From Deltaproteobacteria bacterium (GTDB lineage Bacteria > Desulfobacterota_D > UBA1144 > Nemesobacterales > UBA2774), in the NCBI GenBank assembly GCA_040223695.1, contig JAVKFU010000012.1:41-64040 (forward strand): 64,000 bases of DNA, written 5' to 3'. The translations under genes were made by a program, and so were the position numbers. Positions 1 through 9,200 of this stretch are shown one piece after another. Below the pieces are notes generated by a model. The model searched no databases, was not told where the DNA came from, and saw nothing but the letters and a program-made list of their open reading frames with translations. The first letter of the stretch is position 1. Every line of letters starts with the position of its first letter.

Positions 1-86
1 GCCTTCACCGCGTTCGCAAGAGTGTTTACTCCCTTTAGTACGGCGTCCTGCGCCGCCCTGCTGAATTTTATTTCCTTCGCTGCCAT
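1..86 (-). CDS. groL: GroEL chaperonin, N-terminal fragment (runs off the window start)
   Basis: Reverse complement of 1..86 translates MAAKEIKFSRAAQDAVLKGVNTLANAVKV, a classic GroEL N-terminus, directly downstream of groES on the minus strand. Confidence 0.85.
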   Translation of the reverse strand, partial: MAAKEIKFSRAAQDAVLKGVNTLANAVK

Positions 87-128
87 GCTTCTGTTACCTC
101 CTCAATATTTTCTGTATTTGCTCTCTAC

Positions 129-416
129 TCAGTCAATTACGGCTAAGATTTCTTCTTCTCTAAGAATGAGGTAATCCTCACCTTCTATATTTATCTCCGT
201 TCCCCCGTATTTGCTGAATAAAATTTTATTACCCTTTTTGACGTCAAGCGGTTTCACCTTACCGTCCGGAAGAATTATGCCGTTTCCAGTCGCAACGACT
301 TTCCCTTCCTGTGGTTTCTCTTTAGCGGTTTCGGGAATGATGATTCCGCCCTTTGTGGTTTCTTCCGTATTGAGTCTCTGGACTAAAACTCTGTCGTATA
401 GTGGCCTTACCTTCAT
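129..416 (-). CDS. groS: Co-chaperonin GroES (10 kDa)
   Basis: 95 aa starting [14 protein letters not shown]...[22 protein letters not shown]-like, the canonical GroES sequence. It sits immediately upstream of groEL. Confidence 0.95.
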   Translation of the reverse strand: MKVRPLYDRVLVQRLNTEETTKGGIIIPETAKEKPQEGKVVATGNGIILPDGKVKPLDVKKGNKILFSKYGGTEINIEGEDYLILREEEILAVID

Positions 417-912
417 TACAAACGTCCTCCTTATAATTTAATTGTCTGTATTATATTACTGGCTGGAGTTTCGGTGCTGATTGTATAAGTCAAATTTTCT
501 GCATTAACATAACCATCAAGGTCGCCTTGTCAAGTTTAACTGAGTTATTGTACCAAAATAAATCAGTCTGCGAAAGGAGTATTAAAAATAATTGAAAAAT
601 CTATACTATGGAATATACGCTTTGTCTCCTGGCCAAAAACAGGAATAATTGTAGTTATAACCCTGATCTCGGAAATGGGGCAGAGGAGCGAAAAGTCTTC
701 ATGACGAGTGTTGCGTCGATTTGCTGATAGCTTGAAAATGCTCATACCATCGGGTGTTCCGGTTGCCACCGGGACAAACTGAAGGGGTTGACGGAGAAGC
801 AGAGCATTGTGCGTCAGCTTGATTCTCGCAATACTAATGACTTGATATTAAAGAGCAATATGTAAAAGAATTCTGCTAGCAACTGACATAAAGATAGGAT
901 ATTAGGGAAAAA

Positions 913-1566
913 GTGGTAAAGACAAAGGGTATTGGTATTAGGGGCAAAACTTCGGCAAAAATAATAAAAGCGTGCGATCCCGAATCCCCGGAGACAGCGG
1001 CCTCCATACTGAACGGCGGCGGGGTTATCGTTTATCCAACGGAAACTCTTTACGGAATAGGCGCGCTTGCTTCATTCAGGGAGTCCGTTGAAAAAATATT
1101 TGAAATCAAGGGAAGGCCCCACGGAAAAGCAATACCTTTACTCCTAAAAGATACCGATATGCTGGAAAGAATCGCGGAGATGAATGACAGGATATCATCC
1201 CTTTCGGACAGGTTTTGGCCGGGACCGCTTACGCTTGTGGTTAAGGAAATATCTGGGCTGCCCGAACTTATTACATCAGGGGCGGGGAAGGTTGCGGTGA
1301 GAGTCTCCGACGGTGAATTTGTGAAACGTTTGTTTAAATATATAGATCAACCGCTTTGCTCGACCAGCGCGAACTTAAGCGGGGCTGAAAACATTCTCGA
1401 ATGTGACTACATTGTCGAGACATTCGAAGACAAAGTTGACCTTATAGTAGACTCTGGTAATCTTCCGCCCTCGAAAGGATCGACTATCCTGGATATCACG
1501 GTCAGTCCCCCCGAAATACTGAGAGAGGGAGACGTAAGTGCCCAAGATTTAAAGGAGTTTTTTTGA
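913..1566 (+). CDS. tsaC: L-threonylcarbamoyladenylate synthase (TsaC/YrdC/Sua5 family)
   Basis: Contains the YrdC-domain motifs VIVYPTETLYGIGA and PGPLTLV. The GTG start at 913 is uncertain. Confidence 0.75.
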   Translation: MVKTKGIGIRGKTSAKIIKACDPESPETAASILNGGGVIVYPTETLYGIGALASFRESVEKIFEIKGRPHGKAIPLLLKDTDMLERIAEMNDRISSLSDRFWPGPLTLVVKEISGLPELITSGAGKVAVRVSDGEFVKRLFKYIDQPLCSTSANLSGAENILECDYIVETFEDKVDLIVDSGNLPPSKGSTILDITVSPPEILREGDVSAQDLKEFF

Positions 1567-2792
1567 TGCCTGCTATAAAAGGATTTAAGGGTATTAGATA
1601 CAATCCCGAGAAGATAGATGATTTCAGCAAGGTGCTGGCACCCCCCTACGATGTGATTAACCCCGAGGAGCAGGAAGAGCTGCTTGAAAGACACCCCCAT
1701 AACGTCGTTCGCCTGATACTTCCCAGCGGCGAAAGCGACATAAAATACGAGAGGGCGGCCAAGACCTTCAGGGACTGGTACGTAGAGGACATTCTGCTTC
1801 AGGACCCCGAGCCTTCCATCTACCCATACTATCAGGAATTCGAGGAGCAGGGGAAAAAACTGACACGTAAAGGGTTCATAGCCACGGTGAAGATAGAAGA
1901 CTTCTCTTCGAAAAAAATTCTCCCCCACGAGAGAACCTTCCCGAAGCACAAACAAGACAGAATGAAGCTCAATACCGCGTGCAAAGCAAATATGAGTCCG
2001 GTATTTTCGGTATATTCCGACCCCGAAGGGACTATTGAAAAAGCGGTAGATGATACATTGAACGAAAAACCTCTATTCGATATAACAAATAAGGACGGCG
2101 TCAGAAACATCCTGTGGAGGATTTCAAACCCCTGGCTTCTTTCCTTTATCAAAGACAGATTGATGGACAAGAGCTTTCTTATCGCAGACGGCCACCACCG
2201 TTACGAAACGGCGCTTGAGATGAGAAATATTCAACGTGAAAAGACGAAAGACAGCTCCGGGAATAAGCCATTCGATTACGTGATGATGTACCTCTCAAGG
2301 GCTGAATGCGAAGGGCTCATAATAAATCCCACTCACAGGATAATAAAAAATCTGGGCCAATACGAGATCGAGAGTTTTATGGAAAAACTGAGAACAGACT
2401 TCAAAGTCGAGAAAATGCCTTATAAAGAAGGCATCACCGATATAGGTCATGAAGAATTCACCGTAATCACGAAAGACCCGGATTACGTATACAGGGTGTC
2501 ATCTATTAATAACTTTCCAGAGTCCTATGCCAATCAGGGGGTAATGCTTCTCCATAATGTCGTGTTCAAAAAAATCCTGGATGAAGGGCAATCGGGCATT
2601 CTTTATACGAAATTTCTCGACGAGGCGGTTGAGCTGGTAAGAGGGGGTGAATACGAGCTCGGTTTCATTCTCCCCGAACTGAGGGCAAATGATATTTTCG
2701 AAGTCGTCCTGGCCGGCGAAAGAATGCCCCATAAAACAACCTACTTTTACCCCAAGATACTGTCCGGCCTGACATTCAATCCACTCTGGTAG
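1563..2792 (+). CDS. DUF1015 family protein
   Basis: The N-terminus MPAIKGFKGIRYNPEKIDDFSKVLAPPYDVI and the 409-aa length fit the DUF1015 family. It overlaps the tsaC stop by 4 nt. Confidence 0.6.
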   Translation: MMPAIKGFKGIRYNPEKIDDFSKVLAPPYDVINPEEQEELLERHPHNVVRLILPSGESDIKYERAAKTFRDWYVEDILLQDPEPSIYPYYQEFEEQGKKLTRKGFIATVKIEDFSSKKILPHERTFPKHKQDRMKLNTACKANMSPVFSVYSDPEGTIEKAVDDTLNEKPLFDITNKDGVRNILWRISNPWLLSFIKDRLMDKSFLIADGHHRYETALEMRNIQREKTKDSSGNKPFDYVMMYLSRAECEGLIINPTHRIIKNLGQYEIESFMEKLRTDFKVEKMPYKEGITDIGHEEFTVITKDPDYVYRVSSINNFPESYANQGVMLLHNVVFKKILDEGQSGILYTKFLDEAVELVRGGEYELGFILPELRANDIFEVVLAGERMPHKTTYFYPKILSGLTFNPLW

Positions 2793-2973
2793 AAATGCGG
2801 TCACAGGAAGTCTTGCCCGGTTTTCAAGTCCTCCCGCAAAAATTCTCTTATACGTCATAATGTTATTATAAAACCCTTCTTATCGGGCGGCTGATTGATT
2901 TATAATCTATTTTGCATTATTAATTTACACATATTATCTGCAAACAAAACACGCGAATTAAAGGGAGAACGTT

Positions 2974-3531
2974 ATGTCGGCATTCTTGATATTAATCGTC
3001 ATTCTGGCGGTGCTGATTTTCGTATCGGTCGGGATCTACAACGGACTTGTGAAACTCAGAAACTCGTCAGAGCAGGCCTGGTCCGATGTCGATGTACAGC
3101 TTAAAAGAAGATACGATCTCGTGCCGAATCTCGTCGAGACAGTTAAAGGCTACGCCTCGCACGAAAAAGAGACATTTGAAAAAGTAGTACAGGCACGAAA
3201 TCAGGCCATGAATGCCACATCCCCGGAGGACAAAGCCCAGGCGGAGAATTTTCTTCAATCGACCCTCAAGAGTCTCTTCGCTCTCGCCGAGGCTTATCCC
3301 GAGCTCAAAGCCAATCAGAACTTCATCGAGCTACAGACTGAGCTCTCGAATATTGAAGAGCAGATACAGCTCGCGCGCCGCTACTACAATGCCGTCGTGA
3401 GGGATTTAAACACCCGGATAGAATCCGTGCCGAGCAATATTGTCGCGAACATCTTCAATTTTCAAAAAAGAGAGTACTTCGAACTTGATTCCGCAGAGGA
3501 GAGAAAGGCTCCTCAAGTAAGCTTCAACTAG
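2974..3531 (+). CDS. lemA: LemA family membrane protein
   Basis: N-terminal TM helix followed by LemA motifs (NGLVKLRN..QAWSDVDVQLKRRYDLVPNLVETVKGYASHEKETF, RRYYNAVVRDLN). Confidence 0.85.
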   Translation: MSAFLILIVILAVLIFVSVGIYNGLVKLRNSSEQAWSDVDVQLKRRYDLVPNLVETVKGYASHEKETFEKVVQARNQAMNATSPEDKAQAENFLQSTLKSLFALAEAYPELKANQNFIELQTELSNIEEQIQLARRYYNAVVRDLNTRIESVPSNIVANIFNFQKREYFELDSAEERKAPQVSFN

Positions 3532-3564
3532 GATTACCGGAGTCCGAGTGAAACTTTTCTCCTC

Positions 3565-5268
3565 ATGATGTCAAAAAACTCAATAAAAATAATATTCTTT
3601 TTTATATGCTTCTTAAGCATTTTCTATCCCTTTAACGTGAATTCCGAGGAGATAAAAAGCTTTTTCTCGGAGATACATGTAAATAGAGACAGTACGATTT
3701 TTGTCCGGGAAGACATCCAGTACGATTTTCAGTATGCCCACAGACACGGAATATTCAGGGACATACCCTACAAGTACGATTACGGATATAAGCAGTACGG
3801 TATCAAAATTGATGTAGAGGATGTAACCGACTCGGAAGGACAATCCTATAATTACAGCGTCAGCCGTTCAGGCAACAGGGTAAATATTAAGATAGGCGAT
3901 CCCGATAAAACAATCACCGGGACCCATGATTACAGAATCGATTACTCCGTCAGGGGAGCTATAGCCTTTTTCGAAGACCATGACGAACTTTACTGGAATG
4001 TGACCGGCACAGAGTGGAGAGTCCCGATTAAAAAAGCGGGCGCCAAGGTTTATCTTGAGGGAGAAACAATAGACGGTGTCAAAGCAAAATGCTTTACAGG
4101 GGCGGCGGGCTCCCAAGCCCGGGATTGTGATTACAGTATGACACACGGCACCGTTGAGTTCACGGTCTCAGACGCCCTCCGGGCAGGTCAGGGGCTCACA
4201 ATAGTTATCTGGCTCCCTAAAGGAACGATAGAAGAACCCTCTTCTTCTACTAAAGCAGCCTGGTTTCTCTCGGATAACTGGTACTTCGGATTGCCGTTTT
4301 TAACCCTTATCCTGTTTACTTACATCTGGCATACCCGCGGCAGAGACCCCGAAGGCAGGGGCGTAATTGCAGTCAGGTACGAACCCCCTGAGGAGATAAC
4401 CCCGGCGGAAGCCGGAACGCTTGTGGATGAAAGTATCAATATACTAGACATAACCTCGACTATAATAGACCTTGCTGTGAGGGGTTACTTAAAAATCGAG
4501 GAAACCGAGAGCACAAAATTCTTCTTCTTTAATGATAGAGACTACAAGCTTGTTAAAATCAAAGAACCCGGCGCCCATGAGCTGAAACAGCACGAGGAAA
4601 AGGTGTTTTCGGGGATATTCAAGGGCGGTGATGACATTATGGTTTCAGACTTAAGGAACAAATTTTATAAAGAGCTGCCTCCGATTAAAAAAGCCCTGTA
4701 CAAGGAGCTCATCGACAAGAATTACTTTCCGGCGAATCCGGAAAAAATTAAAAGTATTTATAAATGGGTGGGAATTATTATTATAATCCTGTCTTTCTTT
4801 CTGTTCAGCAGCTTGCTGCTTAAAATTTCATTAGCTTTGTCGGGACTTATAATTCTCATTTTTTCAAGATTTATGCCCCGAAAGACAAAACGCGGGGCTC
4901 TCGTGAACGAAGAGCTGCTGGGTTTCAGGGAATTCATCGAGCGAGCCGAAAAAGACAGGATTGAAAAACTGGCAAAGGACGACCCGACTTTATTCGACAG
5001 AGTGCTGCCTTTTGCGCTCGTTTTCGGACTGGAAGACAGGTGGGCGGACTCCTTCAAGGACATGTACAGGGAGCCTCCGTCCTGGTACAGCTCGCCCCAT
5101 TACACGGGCGGCTTCACTCCCAGAATATTCGTATCGGACATAGGCCGCAGTCTGAGCGTTATGAACAGCACATTATCGTCTACGCCCAAAAGGTCCGGAA
5201 GTAGCGGTTTCAGCGGAGGCGGATCAAGCGGGGGAGGCTTCGGAGGAGGCGGGGGAGGGTCGTGGTAA
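3565..5268 (+). CDS. DUF2207 domain membrane protein (LemA partner), Gly-rich C-terminal tail
   Basis: Signal peptide, a large extracytoplasmic domain, TM helices around aa 410-440, and the GGGSSGGGFGGGGGGSW tail typical of DUF2207. It lies immediately downstream of lemA. Confidence 0.7.
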   Translation: MMSKNSIKIIFFFICFLSIFYPFNVNSEEIKSFFSEIHVNRDSTIFVREDIQYDFQYAHRHGIFRDIPYKYDYGYKQYGIKIDVEDVTDSEGQSYNYSVSRSGNRVNIKIGDPDKTITGTHDYRIDYSVRGAIAFFEDHDELYWNVTGTEWRVPIKKAGAKVYLEGETIDGVKAKCFTGAAGSQARDCDYSMTHGTVEFTVSDALRAGQGLTIVIWLPKGTIEEPSSSTKAAWFLSDNWYFGLPFLTLILFTYIWHTRGRDPEGRGVIAVRYEPPEEITPAEAGTLVDESINILDITSTIIDLAVRGYLKIEETESTKFFFFNDRDYKLVKIKEPGAHELKQHEEKVFSGIFKGGDDIMVSDLRNKFYKELPPIKKALYKELIDKNYFPANPEKIKSIYKWVGIIIIILSFFLFSSLLLKISLALSGLIILIFSRFMPRKTKRGALVNEELLGFREFIERAEKDRIEKLAKDDPTLFDRVLPFALVFGLEDRWADSFKDMYREPPSWYSSPHYTGGFTPRIFVSDIGRSLSVMNSTLSSTPKRSGSSGFSGGGSSGGGFGGGGGGSW

Positions 5269-5871
5269 TCACTCTTCACCGAGCAGGTCTCTTATCTTTT
5301 TCTCGATTGTCAAAAAGGCGAGATTCGCGTCAGAATTATCATCATTCCTGTAGAACTCCCCGCCGTCATGTACAAATCTTATGACCCCTTTCCTGTCGAT
5401 GAGAAAACTCGATGAGGTAAAGGAGCGCCTTTTATCTCCAAGCCAATAGTCGTTTATCACCTTCCAGTCGCTGTCATGCGCAATGGGGAAATCAAATCCG
5501 AATACCTTTGCCGCTTTGATAACCGTATCCGTATTCATAGATCTCGCTGATTTCGGATGATGTATCCCGATGACCAAAAACCCCCGATCTCTGTATCTCT
5601 TATATAACTCGACCAGGGATGGGGCCGTGCGTTCGCAATACGGACAGGCGATAAGCCAAAAGCGCACCAGAACTACCTTACCGCGCAAGTCCTCATCCTT
5701 AAGCGGTTTGGTATTCAGCCACTCAAGCCCGGACAACGATGGCGCTCTGGTTCCAATAAGCTCCGAGCCCTCTCGGGGCTCCCACGTATTACTCTCCGCC
5801 GACTTCACCGGGGCGGATAAACCAAAAAAATTAAGACAAAACAGTAAACCAATCATCAATATCGTAAACAT
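5269..5871 (-). CDS. Thioredoxin-fold thiol:disulfide oxidoreductase (TlpA/redoxin family), secreted
   Basis: CPYC active-site motif (WLIACPYCERTAPSL) and a signal peptide MFTILMIGLLF. The ORF may extend to 5910. Its stop abuts the DUF2207 stop with zero gap. Confidence 0.75.
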   Translation of the reverse strand: MFTILMIGLLFCLNFFGLSAPVKSAESNTWEPREGSELIGTRAPSLSGLEWLNTKPLKDEDLRGKVVLVRFWLIACPYCERTAPSLVELYKRYRDRGFLVIGIHHPKSARSMNTDTVIKAAKVFGFDFPIAHDSDWKVINDYWLGDKRRSFTSSSFLIDRKGVIRFVHDGGEFYRNDDNSDANLAFLTIEKKIRDLLGEE

Positions 5872-6215
5872 ATAATATCTTCCGATTGGGTTTCCGGAAG
5901 TTTGAATCATACGAGTAATTAATTGTACATAAAAAAGTGAAAAAACTCATAAATTATGAGAGACGCCTTATCTATGACTGCGTTCTTATTTAATCGTTGA
6001 TAAAAAAACAAAGTGGTCTTACAATTAAAAATAAGAGACAACTAAAAGTGCGTGATGGAAATTATAAATCGCTTGTTTTAAAGCCCGGAGTCGTTTAATC
6101 GGGATTATTCAGAATAATTGCATGTTCCATGACTATTGTTCTTCTTTCTCTGCCGTATGTGAACATTTTATCTAAATAATCCCTTGCGAAATCATAACTT
6201 GGGTCGGCGCATTAA

Positions 6216-9200
6216 ATGAAAGATATATATAAAACAAAAAAGCAACTGATTGAAGAAGTAGGGGAATTAAAAAAGCTTAATAAAAAGCTGGAGAATGATA
6301 AAAATCATAGAATCACAGATTCCAATCACGCGTCTGAAGAAAATTTCCCTAATAAATCCTTTTATGAATTGAGCCCGTTAATGTACTTTACGGTTGACCG
6401 GGAGGGCATTGTAAGAGGAGTCAATCGCCTGGGAGCCCGGCATTTGGGCTATTCACGAAAAGAACTCGAAGGGTCACCCGTGATTAACGTTTTTTACCCC
6501 GACGACAGAAAAGATGCTGAAAATCTCCTCAAAAATTGCTTCAAGAATCCGGACAAAGTGCATCGCTGGGAATTGAGAAAGGTAAAAAAAGACGGAAGCG
6601 TGATATGGGTTAAAGAGCATATCAGAATCGAATATCTCAATAAGGGAAGTGATTTGGCAATTATCGTATGTGAAGACATAACGGAACATAAACTGGCGCA
6701 ATTTTTACTTGATACGGACAAAATGATGTTTGAGCTGATGGCCCGTAATGCAACCCTACCCGAAATTCTGAGTTCCCTGTGCCTGGCAATTGAGAAACAT
6801 TCGAACGGGATGCTGTGTTCTTTCCTTATTCTGGACGAGAATGGAAAGAGGCTGAAACACGGTGCCGCCCCAAGCCTGCCCGAGGATTACGTAAAATCAA
6901 TAGACGGTGTTGAAATAGGTCCTTTTGTCGGTTCATGCGGTACGGCCGCATATACAAAAAAATCTGTGGTCGTGGCCGACATAGAGACCGACCCTCTCTG
7001 GGCCGATTATAAAGACCTTGCTTTAAAATATGATCTTAGAGCCTGCTGGTCAACCCCTATAGTTAACTCCAAAAATAAGGTATTAGGCACATTCGCGATG
7101 TACTATGGCCGTGAACGCGCTCCAAGCCCACAGGAAAAAAGACTCATAGATGCCGCTACGCATTTGGCCAGAATCGCTATTGAGCAAATCAACACCCAGG
7201 AATTAGCGATGCGCCTCGGTGAAATTTTAGAAGAATCCCCAAACGAGATATATATATTTAACGCTGAAACCTACCGTTTTCTGAACGTAAACAAAGGAGC
7301 AAGAATTAACCTTGGATATACCAAGGATGAACTGCTTAACATGACCCCATACGACCTAAAACCGGAGATAAAACCAGGATTTTTCGAGCAATTTAAACCC
7401 CTCATTACCGGTGAAAAAGAAAAAATGAGCTTTTCCACAATACATCAACGTAAGGACGGCTCACAGTATCCGGTCGACGTCTATCTTCACGGATCAAGCT
7501 TCAACGGGAAAAAGATATTCGTCGCTAATGTGATTGATATTACAGGTCAGAACAAGACAGAGAAAGAATTAAAAGAAAAAGTGGAGCAGTTATCAAAAAA
7601 GAACAGGTATGAATCAATAATCCGAGCGGTGACGGAAAGTCTTCATCAATCTCTGGATTTGGAGGAGGTCTTTGATAACGCGGTTGATGCCCTTAACAAG
7701 AATGTGGAAGGGGCGGAGAATGTTGTAATTTTCATGGTAGAAGACAACGAAGCCGTCATGAAAGCAAGCAGGGGGCACTCGGCCCGGTACATCAAAAAAC
7801 TGAAAAGGATACCTTACCCGAAAGGGGCGACCTGGAAAACCATAATAGAGGGGAAAGCCAGGTATGTGCCGGATACGGATACCGACGATGCATTGGGACC
7901 CGCCGGAAAAGAGTTCGGCACCAAGAGCTACCTTTCGATGCCTATTCGCTCGGAAGAGAAAACAATCGGCTGCATACACGTCCATTCGCCTGAAAAAAAT
8001 ACATTTTGCGAGGAAGACCTTAACCTGCTTGAGATTGTGGCCAGGCAGCTCGGGTCGGCTATTAAAAATGCCGAGCAGGCAGAGGAATTAAAAAGGTCTC
8101 AGGAAAATATAAAACAAAGATTAAACGAACTGTCAAAAAAGAAAAGGTATGAGGAGATTATAAATACGGTCACGAGAAGTGTGCATAGCTCAATTGAACT
8201 CCAGCAAGTGCTGGATAATGCCGTAGGGGCTATGGCGAGTAACGTCAGTGGAGCTGACAATGTCTCCATTTACTTTATAGAGGGGAGCGATGCGGTTATT
8301 CAAGCCCACCGCGGCTATCCCGGCTGGTTTATCGAAAAAGTAACACGGATCCCCTATCCGAAAGGTTTTACATGGAAGACAATGACCGAGGGAAAACTAC
8401 AATATTGTCCAGACGTGGAAAAAGACAATGTAATCGGACCCGCGGGTAAAAAAGTCGGAACAAAGAGCTACGCAGCCATGCCTATCAAGTATGAAGGGAA
8501 TACGATCGGGTGTATTAATATCAATTCTTATTCGAAAAACTTTTTTGACAAAGAAGATATTAATCTGCTTGAATTAATAGTGGCGCAAATAGAAATCGCT
8601 GTGAACAACGCGCGCCAGGCAGAAGCCCTGAGGGAATCCGAGGAGAGGTATAGAATACTATTTGAACAGACGCCTATGGGAGTTTTTATCTTCGATCGAA
8701 ACCTGACAATCACACATACTAACCAGCGTCATGCGGAAATTTTACAATCCTCCATTAAAAAGATAATCGGAATGGAGTTAAGAAAGCTTAAGGACCAGAC
8801 CTTTACCCCGATAATGGAAAAAGCCCTCGAAGGACACACGAGCCGTCAGGAAGGATGGTACAAAGCTACAACCGGCAAAGCCGATATAAATTTGCTTGTA
8901 TCGGCGTCGCCGCTCAGGGATGCATCCGGAAAGATTATCGGCGGCATGTCGCTCATCGAGGACATCACCGAGCGAAAAAAAGCGGAAGCGGCTCTCCTGG
9001 AGTCTCAAAAGAACTACGAAGTATTGGTGAATACCATCGATGGGATCGTATGGGAGGCAGACCCCGAGACGCTCAGATTTACCTTCGCGAGCCGTCAGGC
9101 AGAGAGTATACTAGGCTATCCTGCTGAAGAGTGGACAAAAAAACATGATTTCTGGAAAGAGAAATTACATCCCGAGGACAGGAAAAGGGTATGTGATTTT

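Noticed and set aside
417-912. Searched the groES upstream region for a CIRCE element (TTAGCACTC-N9-GAGTGCTAA) or a sigma-32 promoter; also the 68-aa ORF at 563..769.
   Set aside because: There is no convincing CIRCE inverted repeat or sigma-32 consensus by eye. The 68-aa ORF has no RBS and odd composition, so it is likely non-coding.
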